Notes under the pieces: model-generated
What the model saw: the letters and a program-made list of their open reading frames with translations, nothing else
Database searches by the model: none
Told to the model about the DNA's origin: nothing
Part shown: positions 33,888 through 37,849 of the stretch, in pieces
Layout: each line of letters begins with the position of its first letter
Numbering within the stretch: position 1 is the first letter of the stretch
IMG/VR virus record: IMGVR_UViG_3300016484_000127
Location: 1-37,849 of that record
Source of the DNA: a virus
Taxonomy: Duplodnaviria > Caudoviricetes
Length of the DNA stretch: 37,849 bases
Strand: one strand, 5' to 3'
Position numbers and translations under genes: made by a program

Positions 33888-35009
33888 CTATTTAAAAAAC
33901 TCACCAACCAACCAAGTAACCACCGTATATCTTATTCCATTTGTTACTGGCTCTACCCCATGAGATAAAAATGAAGGGAAAATAATTACATCACCTTTAT
34001 TTTGCTGCGGATAAATTTTATCATGGCCATTTTTAATAAAGAATTTACCACCCTCAAAATCGTCATTTAAAATTGCTAATACAGTAATTTTCCTAGTTTC
34101 TTTACTATGTTTAATTTCAGTATCAATATGTTCTTCATATTTGCCATTTACATCATACATTAAAAATTCTGTTTGATTTGAGTGAGTAATAGCAAATTTC
34201 CATGTGTCATTATTTAGATTTAAACCAATAGATGTAAGTGTGCCGCCAATTCCAACATTCATTGGCAAGGGCAATCTTTGGACATTTCTAATATCTAAAT
34301 TTATATCTCCATTGCCTATATATGGAGCATCTTTTGTAACTTCCGCTGGAGAATATTGTTTAATAATGTTATCGCAAAATCCATGTGAAATTGCTTCATG
34401 CGCTATATAAAATTGATGTAATTGATTTTCTTGTTGATAGTTTTGACTTAATCCCAAACGCTTTCTTTTGTCATACTTCCATTCTGCATGAGGGCCATTT
34501 TTATCAACATAATGTAAAAAGACTTGCGCTTGCCATTTACCTTTAAATTTATCTCGCCAATGATATTTTTCCATGCCTTTATATAAAACAGCATCGCCTA
34601 CTTGCATGAGAATTTCAGAAGCATTATCTTTTTCCATGCTGTCGCCCATAAATATAGGCCAACAATCATCTTCAAAACCTAAAGTTATCGTTGCGCTAAT
34701 TTCACAAGCTTCTCTATCTGTATGTATTACCAATTCTTCTTCAGGTGCATATAGGCGAGCATAGCTGTATGTTGGGAATAATTCTAGACCGCTTACTTCC
34801 TGAAAATACGGGAGGCAATATTCAAGTAATTTATCAAAAGACTCTGCTCCATGGATGGCTTGTGATTTTGGACATTGCGGGTCTTTTACAGTTAAATTGC
34901 TTTGAATTAAATTTTTTAATTCGTTTGTCAATTCTTGACAGGTGTTTTTTGGTAAAAAGTCATGTAAATGCACATAACCTTTTTCTTGAAAGATTTTTTT
35001 CGTAATCAT
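33888..35009 (-). CDS. Tandem two-domain 2OG-Fe(II) oxygenase
   Basis: Domain 1: YARLY...HTDR.ACE.S...HWR. Domain 2 (prolyl-hydroxylase/PKHD-like): Y....Y..HID, FEGG, FPS...HGV.PV..G.RY..V.W. Confidence 0.9.
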   Translation of the reverse strand: MITKKIFQEKGYVHLHDFLPKNTCQELTNELKNLIQSNLTVKDPQCPKSQAIHGAESFDKLLEYCLPYFQEVSGLELFPTYSYARLYAPEEELVIHTDREACEISATITLGFEDDCWPIFMGDSMEKDNASEILMQVGDAVLYKGMEKYHWRDKFKGKWQAQVFLHYVDKNGPHAEWKYDKRKRLGLSQNYQQENQLHQFYIAHEAISHGFCDNIIKQYSPAEVTKDAPYIGNGDINLDIRNVQRLPLPMNVGIGGTLTSIGLNLNNDTWKFAITHSNQTEFLMYDVNGKYEEHIDTEIKHSKETRKITVLAILNDDFEGGKFFIKNGHDKIYPQQNKGDVIIFPSFLSHGVEPVTNGIRYTVVTWLVGEFFK

Positions 35010-35020
35010 ATTGTCTTATC

Positions 35021-35497
35021 CTATTTTATATTTTTACTATTCCAAAATATCAAAGAAAAATAATTATCATCACTTTTCAAACTTGATATTCCATGTGGAA
35101 TTGAAGCATCTAAAATGTAAGCATCACCTACATTCATTATTATCTTTTTATTTCCGTGTAGTATAAACCCTCCATCTTTTGGCTTTTGTAAAAGAATGTT
35201 GAAATTTAAAACCCGTTTATTAAATTCCACCCAATCTAAATGCTTTGAAACCCAGCCTTTATTTTCAATTTTTAAAAAAACACTACATTCAAAATGAAAT
35301 TCAAAGCCAATATAATGCTCATTTAATTTTGTTAAAGCTTTATTGATAATACATTTTAAGATTTTATCATTTTTGAATTTGATTATTTTTTCAATAAATA
35401 CATTTACTCCATTAGCCTTTTTTTTATAATCTATATTTTTGGCTATCTTTAATAGATATAAAATTTCCTTATCATTAAGAAACTGTTTTAGTAGCAT
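35021..35497 (-). CDS. Putative 2OG-Fe(II) oxygenase / cupin-fold protein
   Basis: KHLD, LQKP..GG, GDAY.....PHG; very AT-rich. Confidence 0.65.
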   Translation of the reverse strand: MLLKQFLNDKEILYLLKIAKNIDYKKKANGVNVFIEKIIKFKNDKILKCIINKALTKLNEHYIGFEFHFECSVFLKIENKGWVSKHLDWVEFNKRVLNFNILLQKPKDGGFILHGNKKIIMNVGDAYILDASIPHGISSLKSDDNYFSLIFWNSKNIK

Positions 35498-35762
35498 TTA
35501 ATGTTTGTTCGGGCGGTAATAAATAATCAACTTGCGGCTCTGGTGGAGTTGGTACTAATAAAAATTCGCTCGTATCATTTTTATAATAATACACATCAGC
35601 AACAACGTAATCAGAACAAGCAGTCCAAAACAACGGTGAGCCAACCTCAAAGGTTTGGCCATCAGGCTCTACTTGAGCAACACGCCAGCCAAGATATTCA
35701 GGCGGTTCAACGGTGTAATTATATACGAGTTGTGTTGGACTAATTAAAGCATTCAATGACAT
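35475..35762 (-). CDS. Hypothetical protein (fibre assembly-like)
   Basis: 95 aa after the Gly-rich fibre gene; GGAGG RBS. Confidence 0.65.
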   Translation of the reverse strand: MSLNALISPTQLVYNYTVEPPEYLGWRVAQVEPDGQTFEVGSPLFWTACSDYVVADVYYYKNDTSEFLLVPTPPEPQVDYLLPPEQTLNATKTVS

Positions 35763-35770
35763 ATTTCCTC

Positions 35771-36556
35771 CTAATATTCAACAATTACAACTCCACCAGT
35801 ACCAGCTCTAGCGGGTGTTGGAACTGATGGTCTAGACGACCTTCCGCCAGAACCATACGCGCCATCTCCGCCTAAAGAACTAGACCCGCCCGCGCCTGAA
35901 GAGGAATAAGTGTTACTCCCACCAAGCGGAATTGGTACTGTAACAACAGCCCCTGAAGATGCGGCTCCGCCAGTTATTAAAAATGTTCCTGTTGTTCCAG
36001 CTCCGCCAGTACTTGTTGCTGGGGCTGATGCGCCACCTGTTGCTGACGCCAAAACACCAAAAGAAGATGTGCCTCCTGAATTTCCAGTTGGACCAGTTGC
36101 TCCGCCAGCACCAACAGTAATAGGGTAAGGCGTAGATGCTGTAACAGCGCCAACATAAATAGCAGTTCCGCCAGCGCCCCCGCCATAAGTGCCGTTTGTA
36201 GCTCCCCCTGCGCCGCCGCCTACAACTGTAATTTTCATTTTTGTTGTGCTTGATGGCGTGGTAAATGCCGTGGGACTTGTAAATACTTGCATATTAGTAA
36301 AGCCTGATGATGCGGTTTGCCAAATAGGTGGACTTGAACCTTGTGATGTTAAAACTTGATTTGTTGTTCCAGCACCAACATTAACAACTTTAGAGCCATC
36401 TGTATAAAGAACGCCGCCAGCCGTTACGCTCAAAGATGCGTTATTTGTGCCGCCGTTTGCAATTGGTGTTGCGCCACTTAATCCGCTAGTCGCATCTAAT
36501 TGACCGCTAGTATTAACTTTATTGGCTAATTGTGAAAGATTAAATGCTTGAGTCAT
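35771..36556 (-). CDS. Glycine-rich tail fibre-like protein
   Basis: PIANGGT, GT..QVLTS.G...P.W, VVGGGAGG, ITVGAGG, GGVVIVEY. Confidence 0.75.
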   Translation of the reverse strand: MTQAFNLSQLANKVNTSGQLDATSGLSGATPIANGGTNNASLSVTAGGVLYTDGSKVVNVGAGTTNQVLTSQGSSPPIWQTASSGFTNMQVFTSPTAFTTPSSTTKMKITVVGGGAGGATNGTYGGGAGGTAIYVGAVTASTPYPITVGAGGATGPTGNSGGTSSFGVLASATGGASAPATSTGGAGTTGTFLITGGAASSGAVVTVPIPLGGSNTYSSSGAGGSSSLGGDGAYGSGGRSSRPSVPTPARAGTGGVVIVEY

Positions 36557-37836
36557 TATGCCGCTCCTTGTGAAGCAAAAGTTTGTTGCACTAAAATTGT
36601 TGAACTATTATCGAATGGTGTTGACATTGTGTAAGTATTCGTTCCAACCGTGTAATCGCTAGTTGGTTTCAATAATACACCATTCGAAAATAAATCTAAA
36701 ACGCTATTATAGACAAAAGAATACACACTTCTACCGCTTTCGGAATATGTTACTACGTTAGCCATCCCGCCTGTTGGCGTAGTTAGATTATTCATTGAAA
36801 ACTGAATAACAGCCAATTCGCCTGTCATCACGGCAGGGAAGTTGGTAATTGTGCCTGAAACAATATCGTAGTCTTGCTCATTCAAAAGCGTTCCGTTGAT
36901 AAATGGCAATTCATACCCGCTTTCTAAAGCCCATGTTGTAGGAGTGTAGGTTGAAGCGGTTGTCATATCATGTTCAAAACGGCTAAATACTGGATAAGAT
37001 GCCCCAGCCGCACGATAACGATAGAATGTATTGCCTACACTTGCTGTTGGGTTAGTCGTAAAGGTAATAGTGCGCGTTGAATAATCAACACTTGCAACCG
37101 TGTATTGAGTTGGGCTTCCGCTATTGCTAAATGTCATTATATCGCCAGCGTTGATTGCTTGTTGTGGGAGTTGCGCTGTTGAATAGGTTGCTGTATTCGT
37201 GCCAGTTGATTGAACAATTAAGCCAGTATTTTCATAATAAGCCGCGCTAGATACAGCCCGCATTGAAATGCAAGTGATAATGTCGCCAGCCGTTGCGCCT
37301 ACTGATAATGTGAAATCAGTTGTAGTTTCGGTGTATTCATCTACTGATAACAATAATCCGTTTTGTAGAATTAAATCCTGACCAGCAATATATCCAGCCG
37401 CCCTTGCTGTTGGTGTAAATACTGTTTGACCGCTTGTTGCTGTCCAATCCTGACGGCTGAAATAAAAATCATCAGGGGCAGTAAAGCCTACAACGCGCCC
37501 ATAAATATCAATGGTAATGTTAGCCGCTGACCCTGTATAAGTTTGTGCGCCTCCAAAGTCTAGGAATTGAGCAAGAGAAGCCACCATTTTCCCATCGGAC
37601 GTATTATTGATTGCAATTTCGCCTGTTGAAACTGTTGTTGTGCCTGTTTTAGTGACTTGCCCCGTTCCAACATCCAAATCAATGTAGTTTGTGCCGTCTT
37701 GTAATGCTGACCACAATCTAAAATCAAACTTGGATGTAGTTGATGGAACAAAAGCCCCTGAACCACCAGCATACATAGCAAAGTCTGTATCAAATCCGAA
37801 TTTGCGATTTGCGTAATTGATATAGACGTGCCAAAT
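36556..37836 (-). CDS. Tail tip protein, 3' part (continuation of 1-2018)
   Basis: The frame stays open upstream of ATG 37776 (YANRKFGFDTDFAMYAGG) to the window end; ATSGQTVF and NGLLL...Y Ig-like repeats. Confidence 0.75.
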   Translation of the reverse strand: MWHVYINYANRKFGFDTDFAMYAGGSGAFVPSTTSKFDFRLWSALQDGTNYIDLDVGTGQVTKTGTTTVSTGEIAINNTSDGKMVASLAQFLDFGGAQTYTGSAANITIDIYGRVVGFTAPDDFYFSRQDWTATSGQTVFTPTARAAGYIAGQDLILQNGLLLSVDEYTETTTDFTLSVGATAGDIITCISMRAVSSAAYYENTGLIVQSTGTNTATYSTAQLPQQAINAGDIMTFSNSGSPTQYTVASVDYSTRTITFTTNPTASVGNTFYRYRAAGASYPVFSRFEHDMTTASTYTPTTWALESGYELPFINGTLLNEQDYDIVSGTITNFPAVMTGELAVIQFSMNNLTTPTGGMANVVTYSESGRSVYSFVYNSVLDLFSNGVLLKPTSDYTVGTNTYTMSTPFDNSSTILVQQTFASQGAA

Positions 37837-37849
37837 AGCGGGTCTGCTA
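37837..37849. repeat. 13-bp terminal direct repeat, right copy
   Basis: Identical to 1-13. Confidence 0.9.

Noticed and set aside
37560-37793. 77-aa ORF as the true C-terminus of the tail-tip protein
   Set aside because: It is in frame with 1-2018 after joining, but its composition is unlike a tail protein and it overlaps the convincing 36556-37776 frame.
30304-37836. Diversity-generating retroelement or invertible fibre cassette
   Set aside because: No reverse transcriptase, invertase or template/variable repeat pair was seen.
1-37849. CRISPR array, rRNA, IS element or alternative genetic code
   Set aside because: No regularly spaced repeats or transposase motifs were seen, and the genes pack tightly under the standard code with all three stop codons in use.

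Overview
The window looks like a complete, circularly permuted genome (~37.8 kb) of a small HK97-type siphovirus: the first 13 nt (AGCGGGTCTGCTA) recur as the last 13 nt, and the tail-tip gene runs across that junction. The SSB looks proteobacterial, so a betaproteobacterial host is a tentative guess. The minus strand carries the packaging, head, tail, fibre and lysis genes plus a Sak/YqaJ/SSB recombination module. A short plus-strand block (25.7-29.4 kb) carries RusA, a DUF1376 replication protein and nucleases. I saw no integrase, repressor, DNA polymerase, DNA methyltransferase or thymidylate synthase. The strongest candidate for an undescribed system is a translationally coupled operon directly upstream of HNH-terS-terL (18332-21617): ParB, P-loop kinase, class-II glutamine amidotransferase, amino acid:DNA transferase (aGPT-Pplase2-like) and TET/JBP dioxygenase. 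It suggests fully post-replicative thymine hypermodification with a glutamine-derived nitrogen. Other notable features are two tandem major capsid paralogues separated by a terminator, an AT-rich island with three more 2OG-Fe(II) oxygenase domains among fibre genes, a DGGxF/IKR fibre chain, two structured-RNA candidates, an RBS-occluding hairpin/promoter switch and apparent strong GATC/CCGG avoidance. All family calls come from motif recognition by eye; no searches were run.
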